A DNA stretch of 64,000 nt from Oikopleura dioica (GCA_907165135.1 OU015569.1:9610001-9674000), one strand, 5' to 3'. Counted from the stretch's first letter, positions 37,902 to 50,935 are shown. Made by a program: numbers and translations. The notes: generated by a model not told the origin, from the sequence alone.

Positions 37902-40540
37902 ATGGAGAGTGACGAAAATATGGAATTTAATTTGAGTACGGTGGCGAACATACGTTTGGGAATTTATGGATTTACCTGGATTTTTGGTCTTGGTGCAAAT
38001 TTTTTAGGAATAGTTTAGACAGCATCAATTATTGACTTCAATTAGACCATTGACTTATTATTAATTTGAATTTATAATAAATTATTAAATAATTGTATAT
38101 AATATACAGTATATTATAATTGGAAAATAGTTATTCAAATTTAGTTATTATCATCAAAACCTAGCGAAATTAAAACTAAAAAAGTACTGCTGAGTTTATA
38201 CCTTCACAAAAATCGCTCTGTAGGACAGGATGACGCCATAAGTCAAGTTAAGAACTTCCAATAAAAAATATCTGGGAGAACCATTCGAGCATAAGCCTGT
38301 TCGTAAATGATTAATGAAGTCTATCTCCTTTTCCGTTTTTTCATTAAAAGCGTATGAAACGCATCGAACTCTAGAGGCCAAATATGAATGAAGCGCATCT
38401 GAAAGGCTAGCAACCTTCAGTGACCCATAGTTGGTTAGCCAATTAATGGAATGCCATGAAAGGTCCCAGCACAGCTGTAATCAGAATCCTTGGAACTTTT
38501 TGTTTTTATTTTTGCGATCGGAAAATTGGATCGCGCCTTCTGCGTGCCTAATATGCGAAATCCCTGAAAAGCTGTCATTCTTGTGGCGAACCTGGCTTTG
38601 GCGGATTTTCTCTTTTCGATCAGGTGCCCGATTTTATAATCAAAATTGATTTTCTAATCGCTTATCTCCGAAGATAGGACCCAAGTCTACACTGCAAGTT
38701 GATCACTTAGCATCTAATACCACGTGAAATATTTATGATCATTCGGGCATCTCAAGAACAGTGCACGATGCCACTTTGGATTGCTGAAATAATCAACGGG
38801 GAGACATGGATCTTCGGCGTTTTAATGTGCAAAATCACCACATTTCTCAGCTTGGAACGGATTTGTCTAGTCTTGCAGCAATTTACCGATCAGCATGCTA
38901 GTACAATCAGCTCAAATCCACGTATAGATTAACTTCTACGGCTCAACATTTTTCTTGGTCGCCATATCGCTAGATCGTTTCTTTGCTATTGCATATCCGC
39001 TGCAGGTTTTTGACGGAGATTTTTAATCATAAACTTAATTGTCGACCTTAGACGTTATCTTATCGTTCTGCCAGAAACGCAGTGTGGATTTCCGCCTCGA
39101 TTTGGGTGATTGTTTCCTGCGGCTCTTGCTTAGCGCTTTTTCACAGAGTTCTGGTTGAATGGCGACTTGAAGGAACTGGCTAACTCTTTACTTTATCCCA
39201 GGAGTAACTGAATTCTCCCGCCCGGTATTTTTATTTTTTATGCATAAGCCGATTAACAGAAAATTCAAATGAATGGACGTACAGTATTTGTCAGCGAAAT
39301 TACAAAAGAGAAAATGCAACGCCGTGTTACTGCGTCTGGAAAGACGAGTTCAACGAGAGATATTCCAATTTCAGACTCATTATTGGATTTATCTCCTTGT
39401 TTCTGGTTAGATGAGTAGTTTTTCAGCAAGCAATTAACTTTTAAGATTTGCGCTACTTATGTTTGGATTTTGTGCAAATTGAAAATATTCAAAGTTTCGG
39501 GCGGCCAGTCGTTAAACTCGTCTAGTTCACAAGCAAGGAACGCGCCAAAAAGCTAAAAACATGTAGTAAGAAGAGATTAGATAATAAATATACTTTTTAA
39601 TCCGCATTTTCTAACGCATTTTGGAACGCACTAAAGGGACGCAAACAGACGAAACATTACAATACAGTTGAGCATCATGACGTTCACTTTCTTCGTGTGC
39701 TGGCTGCCAAAAAATATTCTAAGGAAGAGGTGCGCCTGATCAGCCAGGGATGAGAGCTGGCTCAGCCGACGGCCGGGCTTGGCTTTGGTGAGTCGAGAGA
39801 AATTTGCGCACCCTCAACAGCCTCTTGAAAATAATTTATCCGGAGCTGATAAGTTACCAAAATCCCATTCAGATTTCAGGTAAACTTAAATGTGTATTCT
39901 TACACTGATTAGAGCTCAATCTCTAATTCAGTCGCCATCGCCTACATGAATGCCGCTTTATCGCCCATCTGCTACCTCGGTAATTCATCACTACCCCAGT
40001 TAATTACAACCTCGGTGCAATTATCGCTGCATCCCTCTTCCTTTTATCCCAAATTGGTTCCGAATAATCACAATTTTTGTAGAATACACGGTCCATTATA
40101 TAACTTATTTTAACTCCTTTCGGTTCATAAATTTACAAATAATTTACAAAAGATTCTTTTTAGTTTTATCAAAAAAACTGTCAAGTCTTTTGTCCACTTG
40201 TGTTCTGAATACGATAAAATGTTACGATTCCTCGCTAAATGTAAGTGACTCTTTTCGAATTCTCCAGTTCTGGTTCAGAATATAGGAGGAGCTGATGGCG
40301 CGGAGTATAAGTTGAAGATTGATGCTGATGAAATTGAAGAAACCGTCTCCAGCAAGCTACAATGTGCGTTTTCTTCTTCACTGCCACAGCAGCAAACCAA
40401 GCGACCCTAACTCAGCCCATCATTCCGCCTCACTTCTGCAGAGCTTAACTCATTCCCTCTCCTCGTCAGCCAAATTTGATCAATTTCAAACGCTCGAGGC
40501 CCCGATTGCCATGTAAATAGAAAATGTACAGCTTCTAATA
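37902..40540 (+). CDS. Class A (rhodopsin-like) GPCR of peptide/chemokine-receptor type; 3' end approximate
   Basis: TM1 IFGLGANFL, TM2 VANLALADFLF, WIFGVLMCKI, TM3 NFYGSTFFLVAISLDRFFAIAYP, TM6 FFVCWLP, TM7 AYMNAALSPICY. Confidence 0.85.
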
Positions 40541-40737
40541 AGAATAAAGAACTCTAATGATATTCAAAGCTGTACTCATGGCCAGAGAAACATGCGTGTT
40601 AAAAATGACCGGATTTTAAAACACACGCTATTACAACTCCGGAAAGGACGTGTTTTATTTTCCTCCCAAATGATTCGGGGAAGTCGTCGCAGTGTTTAGC
40701 AAAGAAAAACTTGCGCAGGATCAAGTAGCTTAAATTT

Positions 40738-41808
40738 TCAAGCACTTTTGCCTTCTTCTTCTAGTCGTTTAGCTTCAAGTCTCTTCTGACGAAGTCTTCG
40801 GAGTTGATTTATCTTCCACTGAGGAAGATGAGACCACGGGCCAGGTCTTTTAGTTGTAGGGGTCGAGGAAGTTGATGACACAGCGGAAAGTCTTAAGGGT
40901 GTCAACATCGATTTTGGCGTTTTTAAGAAAGCTAGAAAAAACAGCCTTTCTTACCTAGGTAGGGTTTTTTTGATTGGTACTTTAGCAGCTGTTTTTTTCT
41001 TCGACGGCATGGTTTTCGGTAATTTTGTAGTTGTAATCGTTTTCATTTGAGCACGACGAATGAGAGCTGGCTTCTTTATTGTTTCAATTCCCCTGTAGTT
41101 TTCTCTGACTCGGCCATTTTGATCGACATTCAATGAAAATCGCATGTCCTGTGATTTCTGTGGTGTTGTCTTTGATCGGTTTCTGAGCTGCATTTTTGGT
41201 CCTTCTACTATCGTACTAGTCCTTCCAAAGTGCGTCTTAGGAGATTTCGGTTTCCTTTCCGGAACTTTAACTTGGGTCCTTTTGACGGGCGACTCATTTT
41301 CTTTGTGAAAAATAGAAAAGTCAATTGAGAAAGGAGACGAAAAAGGGTCGACAAAATTCTTGGTGTCGATGTTGCGCCATTCTTCGAAGTCTGTAGGCAC
41401 CCACCCATGATTACATTTAGAGTCAGTGCAGCAGGTTCGGCAGACGGAGTTAAGAGTTGCTCGACTTGGAGAAAAGATCTTGCATTGATGCAGGTTTGGA
41501 TTGTCCAGCGAGACGATCTCGCCCCGGAAAGATGCAAAGTTCTGCTTCACGTTCGCAACACAAGTGTTCAGCGAAGAGCATCCTGCTTGAACCACTTGGA
41601 CTTCTTTCGCAAGAAATTGAACGTCCATTGTGCATGCACCTGTTGGACAGGATTTCAGTTCGCCGGAAAGCCAGCATTCATCAAAGCTCTTCTCGTGGCA
41701 GATCCAGCATTCTGTTGACAAATCTCCACTATTCGATGCTCTCTGTTGACCGAAAAAGAATCCGGAAACTACGTCTACTGATAAAATCTGAAGAAGCTTC
41801 ATTTTCAT
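40738..41808 (-). CDS. Secreted protein with an oikosin-1-like Cys-rich domain and a basic T/P/K-rich tail
   Basis: Signal-like N-terminus, then ECWICHEKSFDEC..C..C..GC....C...NF....QC.....SVCRTCC...CN, a spacing I recall from Oikopleura house protein repeats. The 3' end is approximate. Confidence 0.65.
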
Positions 41809-41988
41809 CAGTTAAAAATTTAAAAAATTCAGAATATGAAACATTTTGGCTCACGCAAATTTGGTTTATATACGCGTTGTAGGTGGAAAATGTTGTTTAC
41901 AACTATTTATCCCTTTTGTTAACTCAAATATTTGGAAAAGACGGCGGAAATGTCCTTCGGGAGACTCTTTTTTTCGATAGACGAGAAA

Positions 41989-43852
41989 ATGCTTTCGAAG
42001 TTTTTTACTTTCTGCGCTCTTTTGAAACTAATCGACTGCTCAAAACACGCGTATGGGTGACAAAAAGTGGCGATAGATAACAACCTTTTTAGACACCATC
42101 GTCAATTCTGCCCAGGAACCGTTCAACTACATCTTCAATCGGACGTTGACTGTAAGTTGACCGGTATTAGCCGTGACTGAAGAATCTAAATGGTGGAACG
42201 GGAATCAATGGTTAGGAAAGAGTCAGCTTTGTTGCTTTAATTTTGATTAACGGCAACGTTTGATTACTTGTTGGAAGAATGCATTGCTATAAACAGTACC
42301 ACGTGGACCGTCATTCAAAAAAGAACGCTCTCGCAAGAATCAAGTATCAATTTTAATCAGGTAATCATTGCCCGTGCATGTAAATATAGAAATGGTAACA
42401 CTGAAAATAATAATTATCTAATTAATGATGTCGTTATCTCATGTGTTTAGTAGAGCCTCAATAAGCTGGAGCAAAATTAATCGCTATCAAATAAATAAGA
42501 TTACAAATCACTAATCAAAATGTTCGAAACTGACTGTTTCAGAACTGGAATGAGTACGTAACTGGATTCGGAAACAATCGATCGCCTGTCATTACGTTCA
42601 ACTCGTCTCTTCAGTACTGGATAGGACTGCGCCAAATTTCAAAAATGACCAAATTTAGTACTTCGCTGAGACTCGAGGATACGTCTCATATACATTCATA
42701 TAAAGAAAATTTCATATTTATTTATTTGCGACGCGAATATGAATATTTTTAATATGTCTGCTAACCTTACCAAATATGATATGGTATTTTTAGTATCACA
42801 TGCTCACAGATGCCCGCGTATTTCGTAATTTTCAATGCAATACAGACATTTTAGGACACACTGCTTCCGACAAAGACATCAAATTATCATATTATTGAGA
42901 CGGTAAAGCTTATGTTAGAAAACGGAGTCTTAAAATTCGCAGAGGAAAGAAGTTTCATCAAATATAAACACAAATTTACTCTCAAATTTGTTTAAACTCG
43001 GAAAGTATGACGACTTTGCTATTTCTAAAGAAAAAGATCTCTTTCGATTAAAATCCCTGGGAAATTGTAAGGTCGATTAATCAGGCCTAAAAGCCCCAAA
43101 AAAAAACTTTAGTTCACGGGAGTGGAGATGATGTGGGAGATTCTTTACGCGGATTTAGTGATGGTTTGCTTCTCAATTACGGAAAAATGTTGCACTGAAT
43201 AGTTGAACATTCCTAATAAGATTTGAAAACAAATTGAAGAACGAGCGAATGACAATGCACGAACGAATGTTTTTCACGACAAAAGATAGGTACCTTCTTT
43301 TTTCGACAACTTGACAAATTAGTAATGTGACATTACCCGTATCTCTACGGTAGAGACTCTACCCTTTAGAGATCACGATCTATTTTTCTATTTTCGTCAC
43401 TTTATTTTATTGTCCTTTTTCTTTGTTTCCTTTACAGTACTGTAATAAATAGAATATACAAAAAAATGGGCAGATGGAAACTGTGCTGATGAAGATGGTG
43501 GCGGCTGGTGGTACAACAAGGGCTCTATAACTGCTCGTTGTGTTGTGTATCAAGTTGATTAGTATTATTCTTTATGTGTGTTATTACAGCAAACATAAAC
43601 ATTGCAGTAAATGATAACAAACGTGGTAACTAGCGGTTTTTTACCAGAAGTATTCATAATAAGGTTTCCTATTTAATAGTCCTTCATTAGTTAGTCCTCA
43701 ACTAGTCGTGGCCAATTCTTAATCTTGAATTGAGTCCTACTCTAAGCCGATGCTCCGCTGCGAATCTAAATGGAGAAAATACAATTCTATGGGCTTCGAA
43801 CAAATTTATTTTCAAGATCAGTGCCTCCCGGATGCTGCTCAAGCGGAATTGA
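41989..43852 (+). CDS. Fibrinogen C-terminal domain (FReD) secreted protein, many exons
   Basis: Signal peptide MLSKFFTFCALLKLIDCS, then WTVIQKR, NWNEYVTGFG, YWIGL, MFFTTKDR|DHD, NCADEDGGGWWYN, CSAANLNG and ..RMLLKRN*. Confidence 0.85.
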
Positions 43853-43947
43853 AGTTATTCACTCTCTTCGGAGAGGCGAAATTTTGCGGATTTAGTAAGG
43901 ATAATATCTTCGCTTAAATTAATTTTATTGCGTCAATGGAATAAAAG

Positions 43948-46389
43948 TCACGAAAGTCTTGAGATTACTAATCCCAGCAGGAAGATCGCAGCTGTAGGAA
44001 GGTTTCCGTAGCCATAGAATTGAAGCGCAAAAGGAGCGAAGACAGAAAATCGTAAAAGCTCAATCCACGCGACAGACGTTGATTTTGAAAACCTAGCGCC
44101 GCAAGACTAAAAGTATTTTTATGAAAACATCGTCACATATTTCGATCACACGGTTAAGACGCCTATCTTAATTTTGATCATTTTCTTCCTTTTTTTTTCG
44201 GGAGCCTTTGCCGAAAAGTTTATGCATGCTACGGCTTAAATATATTCAAGGCCATCATAGCAGTATAGTCTATACTGTATAGATCAATGCTTAGTATCCT
44301 TCTTACCATTAGTGTTAGTGTTGTCCCAACGCAAAGAATCAAATCTTCTGCACTAAACATTCTTTCGTCAGAGCGCTGAACTGTTTTAATGTGCTCTAAA
44401 AACATGTTTCGGGCATTCAGCAGCAATTTGTTCTACCTTCGATAATATGTGTGTTGACCAGAACCTGCGTGAATGCGCATACTTTAGAAAAGGTAGAAAT
44501 CTTTACGTCGTACGGAGTGTATTTCACGTCGGGTGTTGGAATGTGCGAAGGATTTCCTAATCTAGAAGAAGCTGAGCGCTCAGTTACGAATATTCGGAAT
44601 TCACCTGTACTCTGGCTCTTTCTCGTCATACCCCGGCCCGTAGAAAAGGGCACGCAGCTTGGGACCGATTCCGCGCGCAGAAGCAAATTTCGAAATCACG
44701 TACTGAACTCATGTACCAGTAGTTTCAGATATTTGCTTTCATACCTTCGTATAATCGAACTGGAGTGGAATCACATCAAATGTATTGGCAGGCTGCACAA
44801 GACCATACTAATCTCCTGGGTATACAAAAACGCTCGTACAAAAACTAACTCTATGCTGAATACTCGAGCCTGAATTTTCTCATCTGTCGAGTCCTCTGCT
44901 GCGAATGTGCCGAAAATTCTATCCCAGATTATCAAAACTCCAGCGTAATTCTTGTCAATACAAAATGGATTTCTTCCATGGTGGACACGATGATGACTCT
45001 ACTAGATGAAAGATTTCGAGAGCTTTTCGATGGCTACCGGAGTGTTGAAGATGAGTTCAAAAGGGCCAAGTGTTCTTATTATTTCCGTGTGGATCCAAAA
45101 TTGAAACGTCAGATTGATGCTGTAGTGCGTGTAAAACATAGTCCAGTGGATTCCAAGAAGCGCACACGGCAGGAGCAGGATCTCATTGTACTGTCTTGTG
45201 GTCAGAACGGGTATAAACCTTACTACGCTTTTCTAAACGTGCCAACAACATTCCTGAAGTTGAATGACGCTCTGCCGCAGCGCCGTTGTCAAATTGTAAT
45301 CTTCAGACGAGTGATGAACTAAAATTTTGATCTAACCACAACGACATGTCTACTTATTCAGTACTCATATTGGGTGTCTCAAGCATCTTCCGAAACCGAA
45401 CAAATCAGAATTATATGTTTATTTATGCATATTCGTATTTCATAGAGAGTTTATTTCTCTTGATTAAAGTTATTTTCGGGCACCCGATCCTTGAATGAGC
45501 TGCCCAGCCGATATTCCATTCGTGAAGAAATCTATGTGCCCAGTAGTAGAAAAAGTCAACAACTATCGCAGCAAAAATCCAATGCTCCTTTCCGTAAGGG
45601 TCTCAGTTTTTGCCTCCACATAGTAAGCTCTTACGGTAGTAAGGATGATGGAAATTATATACGAAGAAACATGCATCAAGGACGATGAAAAATCGTCTTT
45701 TTGTTGGAAATAATCCGATGGAAAGTCTTCTTCTTATCCGAAAGCGCTTTTGGCGTGAGGACGATTTAGAATTTTTTATATAAAACGAGTCGTATGGAAA
45801 ATTTCTACAGAGCTTTCCTTGCCATTTTTCCTTCCTCCATTTGCTGGGGAATCATTCTTCCTTTATCTTAGACCTTTCCTTAGAGTAGTAGTCGAACTCT
45901 AGAAGTCGATAATCGTAGACAAGCGGATAGATGTAGTACCTTAACTCTCCGGTAAAAGATTGTGAAATAGATTATCAACCTAATAAGTTCGAATCTAAGA
46001 ATGATCGGAAGACGGCCAAGACAACCCATCGCAACGTTGGTCGCCATATCATTCATTCGATTTCGGTAGCCAAATATGCCTTTATTTAGATACAATTCCA
46101 CCACTTTTATATGGTCGACAAAGACTTCTACGATAGAATTCTTTCAAATATCTTTCGGACCAAAACATATAAGCAAACCAAACAGCGGACCTGACAGCTC
46201 CAAAAAGTCAGGATCTCGCGCAAAAGGCTTCGGAGTCGATTCTTCAGGTGTTACAAGATAGAACCATGCTCGAACAGGAAGCAAGACGTTTTTCGAAAAC
46301 TTTTCATACAGCGCTTAAAGTTGATTATAAAAACTCTTCTTTTTAATCGAAAAAAATGCACGAAAATTACCTTCATTGGTGTCATTCAT
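43948..46389 (-). CDS. AGMO: Alkylglycerol monooxygenase
   Basis: [69 protein letters not shown] and [11 protein letters not shown]. The eight-His fatty-acid-hydroxylase motifs are typical of AGMO. Confidence 0.93.
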
Positions 46390-46754
46390 TTAGGTCTACT
46401 CTTGATCTCTAGGTACTTGTATTTGTATTTGAAATTTCACGGTCTTCAATGTTTTCGAAACTTCCATTTTGTTCGGTAATAATGTGCTAGAAAGCAAACA
46501 AAACGCCTTCAAAAACAAGCACAAGAAATTTCTTCTTCTTTTTTTTTTCACGTCGATAAAATAGTTTCTGCAGAAGAAGAATTCCAGTCTAATAATAATC
46601 TCCAGAACATGCAATTGTTTATCGAAAGGGGACTCGAAGCAATGTAAACAACAATTCTTGAAAAATCTCTAGAAGGTTGTCTCCCGCACCGCGCTACCTT
46701 AGCTATATAAGCAACCGCGAATCGTCATTTCCCTCACAGTCTTAAAAACACTGA

Positions 46755-47174
<420 letters not shown>

Positions 47175-47198
47175 GTTTCGACTTAGTGAATCAAAACC

Positions 47199-47214
47199 GG
47201 CCCTTTTAAGGGCC
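47199..47214 (+). terminator. Histone 3' stem-loop (H3)
   Basis: GGCCCTTTTAAGGGCC followed by ACAAA, 24 nt after the stop codon. Confidence 0.93.
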
Positions 47215-47599
47215 ACAAATATCTTAAAATCTCACCTCATAGCATATCTTATGCTCGCAACTGGTGAAACAAACAAAATTGTTCTCGAAATGAGGACAAC
47301 TTATGTCTTTGATGATGCATGCTCTTTTCAGCTGTCTTGCTTTTTTTTTAAATGTCGTAAAATTTAGAAGGTAAATGCAATAAGAAAGCCACGAGAAGCG
47401 TACAGCAATGAGATTGCGATAGTGAATGTTTGTGATGGCAATTAGCATATTTTTAAGTAAATGGCAGTATTGGTTATTGAAATAAATTTACCACTTCTGA
47501 TTTCAGAGTCGGGCATCTTCGCTCGTGTCTTCGTCTAGTCAGGATCTTTATCCGCTGTTTGTAGTATTTCTTCTCTCTTTCTCCTCTTTGCACGGCTCC

Positions 47600-47965
47600 C
47601 ACTTTGGGGATGCGGATTATTCTTGTAAAAGTGCCTTTTCTTGTAAATTTGAAGAATTTTTTTCTAGAGGGATAAAACGTAAGAAAAGTATCTGAAACGA
47701 AAGTTTAACATGTTTTACGTCATCTGATATGGAAATGTATCTTTCTGACACCTCAGAAACAATTTTAGGGCAAAAACAAAATTTTGAAATTTTTCAAATT
47801 TTGATTTTTTTCGGAAAAAATTATTTTAAACGATCAAAAATGACGATAGAAGAGGCATTTAGTTCGAAAAAATATATAAGGAGTGTTATTTGAGCGTATT
47901 TAGTGCTTTTTCAAATTTACAAGAAAAGGCCCTTTTACAACAAAAGTCCGCGTCCCCCCACTTTG
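47600..47965. mobile_element. Degenerate MITE-like element with imperfect terminal inverted repeats of about 50 bp
   Basis: ggggatgcggattattcttgtaaaagtgccttttcttgtaaatttgaa (about 47607-47654) pairs with ttcaaatttacaagaaaaggcccttttacaacaaaagtccgcgtcccc (about 47910-47957). The interior is AT-rich and non-coding. Confidence 0.55.
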
Positions 47966-48361
47966 CACTACCGCACCATTTTAAATGGTCCATTTACTTG
48001 ACAAACTTGATCTTCTCTTTCACACCACTTATGATTACGACTCATGAATCATGAGTCATGATTTCCAAGCATGTGGAGTCCACACTGTGGAGCTTGCTTA
48101 CCTGGAACATCTGGATATAGCTGTTCTGGTTCAGCAAGGTAACCGCTTTTATTTTAGGTCATAATACGACCTTCTCATGTGACTCGAATCAGTAATTTTT
48201 CATGAAATGATGGAAAGCCACAGGCAAACAGCAGTCGACCTTAATATCATGCATTCGCTGTCGGTATTCTTCCTTTGAATCAAAGGCTTTAATGCTAGAA
48301 ACTCAGCCGGTAGCCAAAGCTTTTCAGTCTACTCTCGTAGATGAAAGCTTTGTTAATTTGT

Positions 48362-48377
48362 GGCCCTTAAAAGGGCC
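48362..48377 (-). terminator. Histone 3' stem-loop (H2B copy 1)
   Basis: GGCCCTTTTAAGGGCC on the minus strand, downstream of the stop. Confidence 0.92.
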
Positions 48378-48402
48378 TGTTTTTAAGCGTCAAGTATAAA
48401 AA

Positions 48403-48741
48403 TTACTTAGACGCGGTGTACTTGGTGACAGCCTTAGTACCTTCGGAGAGGGCGTGCTTGGCAAGCTCTCCGGGGAAGAGGAGTCGACAAGCAGTCTGGA
48501 TCTCCCGGGAGGAGATCGTCGACTTTTTATTGATCTTGGCGAGGCGGGAAGCTTCACAACCGACACGGTCAAAGATGTCACACACGAACGAATTCATGAT
48601 TGACATGGCTTTGGAGGAGATTCCTTGGTCGGGGTGGACCTGCTTCAGCACCTTGTAGATGTAGGTCTGGAAGGACTCCTTTCGGGCCTTTCGGTACTTG
48701 CGGGCGGCGGCGGCGGCGGGCTTGGCGGGAGTTTTGGCCAT
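48403..48741 (-). CDS. Histone H2B variant, copy 1 (112 aa)
   Basis: [58 protein letters not shown]. The true ATG at 48741 lies downstream of the TATA box. Confidence 0.97.
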   Translation of the reverse strand: MAKTPAKPAAAAARKYRKARKESFQTYIYKVLKQVHPDQGISSKAMSIMNSFVCDIFDRVGCEASRLAKINKKSTISSREIQTACRLLFPGELAKHALSEGTKAVTKYTASK

Positions 48742-48779
48742 TTTGGTGTTTTCGACTTTTTTCAATTGTCGGAATGTGA

Positions 48780-49000
48780 AAATCTCGCTCAGACGCGGCC
48801 TTATATACACATTGCTGGGAAGGACCCGCCTACGCTCCTCTAGAAACTTTCTCGAGAGAATTTGTTTTTCTCTCTGCGCTTTCCAGAGATTCTGCGCGTT
48901 GGTCGTTGTTGTTTTTCTCTTTTCAGGGAAAAAAGTTTCTAGAACGGGCTGTTGTTCTTCCCACCCGTGCCTATATAAAGGGCCCGGGAAGGCGGGGCTG
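48780..49000. promoter_or_regulatory. Bidirectional H2B/H2A promoter with two TATA boxes (second copy at about 50975-51190)
   Basis: ttatata near 48801 (minus strand, for H2B) and ctatataaa near 48971 (plus strand, for H2A). Confidence 0.7.
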
Positions 49001-49034
49001 CTCATTCTCACTTTTGACTCTGAAAGTGCAAGAC

Positions 49035-49403
49035 ATGTCCGGACGAAAATCCCTCAACAAGAAGACCAAGGCTGGCAAGAAGAGCCGCTCCGCCCGCGCT
49101 GGACTCGCGTTCCCCGTCGGCCGAGTGCACCGAATGCTTCGCAACGGCAACTGGGCTGATCGAATCGGCGCCGGTGCTCCAGTCTACTTGGCCGCCGTCC
49201 TCGAGTACCTCACCGCCGAGGTGGTCGAGCTGGCTGGCAACGCCGCCCGGGACAACAAGAAGAGCCGAATCAACCCCCGACACATCCAGCTCGCCGTCAG
49301 AAACGACGAAGAGCTGCAGCGACTCTGCGGCGGAGTCACCATCGCTCAAGGTGGTGTCCTCCCCCACATCAACCCCGTCCTTCTTCCCAAGAAGAAGAAC
49401 TAA
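49035..49403 (+). CDS. Histone H2A variant, copy 1 (122 aa)
   Basis: [43 protein letters not shown]; stem-loop at 49433-49448. Confidence 0.97.
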   Translation: MSGRKSLNKKTKAGKKSRSARAGLAFPVGRVHRMLRNGNWADRIGAGAPVYLAAVLEYLTAEVVELAGNAARDNKKSRINPRHIQLAVRNDEELQRLCGGVTIAQGGVLPHINPVLLPKKKN

Positions 49404-49432
49404 GGACGTCTTTTAGGCGCTTCTTCGAAACC

Positions 49433-49448
49433 GGCCCTTTTAAGGGCC
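49433..49448 (+). terminator. Histone 3' stem-loop (H2A copy 1)
   Basis: GGCCCTTTTAAGGGCC. Confidence 0.92.
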
Positions 49449-49801
49449 ACAAACAAACAAAATCTATTCTCATCTAGAGAAGTGCCCCATCGTCAAAATG
49501 ACGATCATCTTCTTAGATTATTGGCTTCCTTTTGAATAACCAGTAAAACACTGCTACAGTATCTTCATCTTCGAAACGTGTAATCCAAACAAATGCTCTT
49601 CTAACACTTCCGACCTTTAGTCACTGTACAAATCGAGCGGGTTGCATGTAGGAATGAGCATTGGAAAGTCGATTATTGACATGTATTCAAGTTCCATTGC
49701 AAAAATGGAAACCCAAATTTACATCTTCAAGTGCGTGCCTTAAAAGCCTCGATTTCGTTAAAAGATCATCAGATCTAAAGGACTGAAAGAAAAATCAATA
49801 C

Positions 49802-50440
49802 ATGCATTTTTACGAAGCAGCAGAAGCCGACCCGAGATATGGATATTGCTCGATTACGTATTACCTGATCAGTGAAGGGATGATCTGGGTTATCTTCGGT
49901 TTGGTCTTCGTTCTCATAATTTTATGTTGTGTGCCTCTCGTTTTTCAAGTAACGAGCTTTCAAATTGGACTATCAGGAAACAAGAGCTCTCGAGCTCAAA
50001 TCTACGTCATTGCCAGCTTTGATTTTCTCGCCACTTTGACCTTCTGCATCGGATGGTACTGGACCGAGAGTTTGGAGAACTACACTCACATTTTCGCGTG
50101 GTTTCTCATTGGATTTGTCGGTTTCGTCTCCCTCGGCAGCTTTTTGTATCATCTTAGAATTCTTCTCTCGAATAATTCTCTGATACATTTTTATGCCTCC
50201 GAAGAATCTTACCAAAAAGCTTCCTCTCCGGTGATACCGCAATCGACTGAGAAAACAGCCATCCCTGTAGTTCAACAAACGAGTATTGTCATACCACCTG
50301 AAGCAAGTGAGCTGATTTATCTTCAGGCAGAACGAAAGTTTGCAATTTGGATGACTGTGATCATGTTTTTGATCATGTCTGCTAGCATCATTTACATGTA
50401 TTTTATATTCAATTGTGCCTGGAATATTGTTTTGAACTAA
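49802..50440 (+). CDS. Intronless protein of unknown function with about four transmembrane segments
   Basis: 212-aa ORF with four hydrophobic segments; AATAAA near 50462. Confidence 0.7.
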   Translation: MHFYEAAEADPRYGYCSITYYLISEGMIWVIFGLVFVLIILCCVPLVFQVTSFQIGLSGNKSSRAQIYVIASFDFLATLTFCIGWYWTESLENYTHIFAWFLIGFVGFVSLGSFLYHLRILLSNNSLIHFYASEESYQKASSPVIPQSTEKTAIPVVQQTSIVIPPEASELIYLQAERKFAIWMTVIMFLIMSASIIYMYFIFNCAWNIVLN

Positions 50441-50521
50441 TCTGAATTTCAAGAAGAAAACAATAAATTATTCATCAAATCAACAATCAAACGAGTACAA
50501 ATGAGACAAGATTTTGTTTGT

Positions 50522-50537
50522 GGCCCTTAAAAGGGCC
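50522..50537 (-). terminator. Histone 3' stem-loop (H2A copy 2)
   Basis: GGCCCTTTTAAGGGCC on the minus strand. Confidence 0.92.
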
Positions 50538-50566
50538 GGTTTTGAAGAAGCGCCTAAAAGACGTCC

Positions 50567-50935
50567 TTAGTTCTTCTTCTTGGGAAGAAGGACGGGGTTG
50601 ATGTGGGGGAGGACACCACCTTGAGCGATGGTGACTCCGCCGCAGAGTCGCTGCAGCTCTTCGTCGTTTCTGACGGCGAGCTGGATGTGTCGGGGGTTGA
50701 TTCGGCTCTTCTTGTTGTCCCGGGCGGCGTTGCCAGCCAGCTCGACCACCTCGGCGGTGAGGTACTCGAGGACGGCGGCCAAGTAGACTGGAGCACCGGC
50801 GCCGATTCGATCAGCCCAGTTGCCGTTGCGAAGCATTCGGTGCACTCGGCCGACGGGGAACGCAAGTCCAGCGCGGGCGGAGCGGCTCTTCTTGCCAGCC
50901 TTGGTCTTCTTGTTGAGGGATTTTCGTCCGGACAT
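50567..50935 (-). CDS. Histone H2A variant, copy 2 (protein identical to copy 1)
   Basis: Same 122-aa translation as 49035-49403. Confidence 0.97.
   Translation of the reverse strand: MSGRKSLNKKTKAGKKSRSARAGLAFPVGRVHRMLRNGNWADRIGAGAPVYLAAVLEYLTAEVVELAGNAARDNKKSRINPRHIQLAVRNDEELQRLCGGVTIAQGGVLPHINPVLLPKKKN

Noticed and set aside
44978-45322. 114-aa plus-strand ORF (and 44451-44873)
   Set aside because: Antisense shadow of AGMO exons, whose His-box motifs read clearly on the minus strand.
48039-48060. (ATGAGTC)n-like AP-1 motif runs (also near 33383)
   Set aside because: Only two to three units, which cannot be distinguished from a common short genomic repeat.
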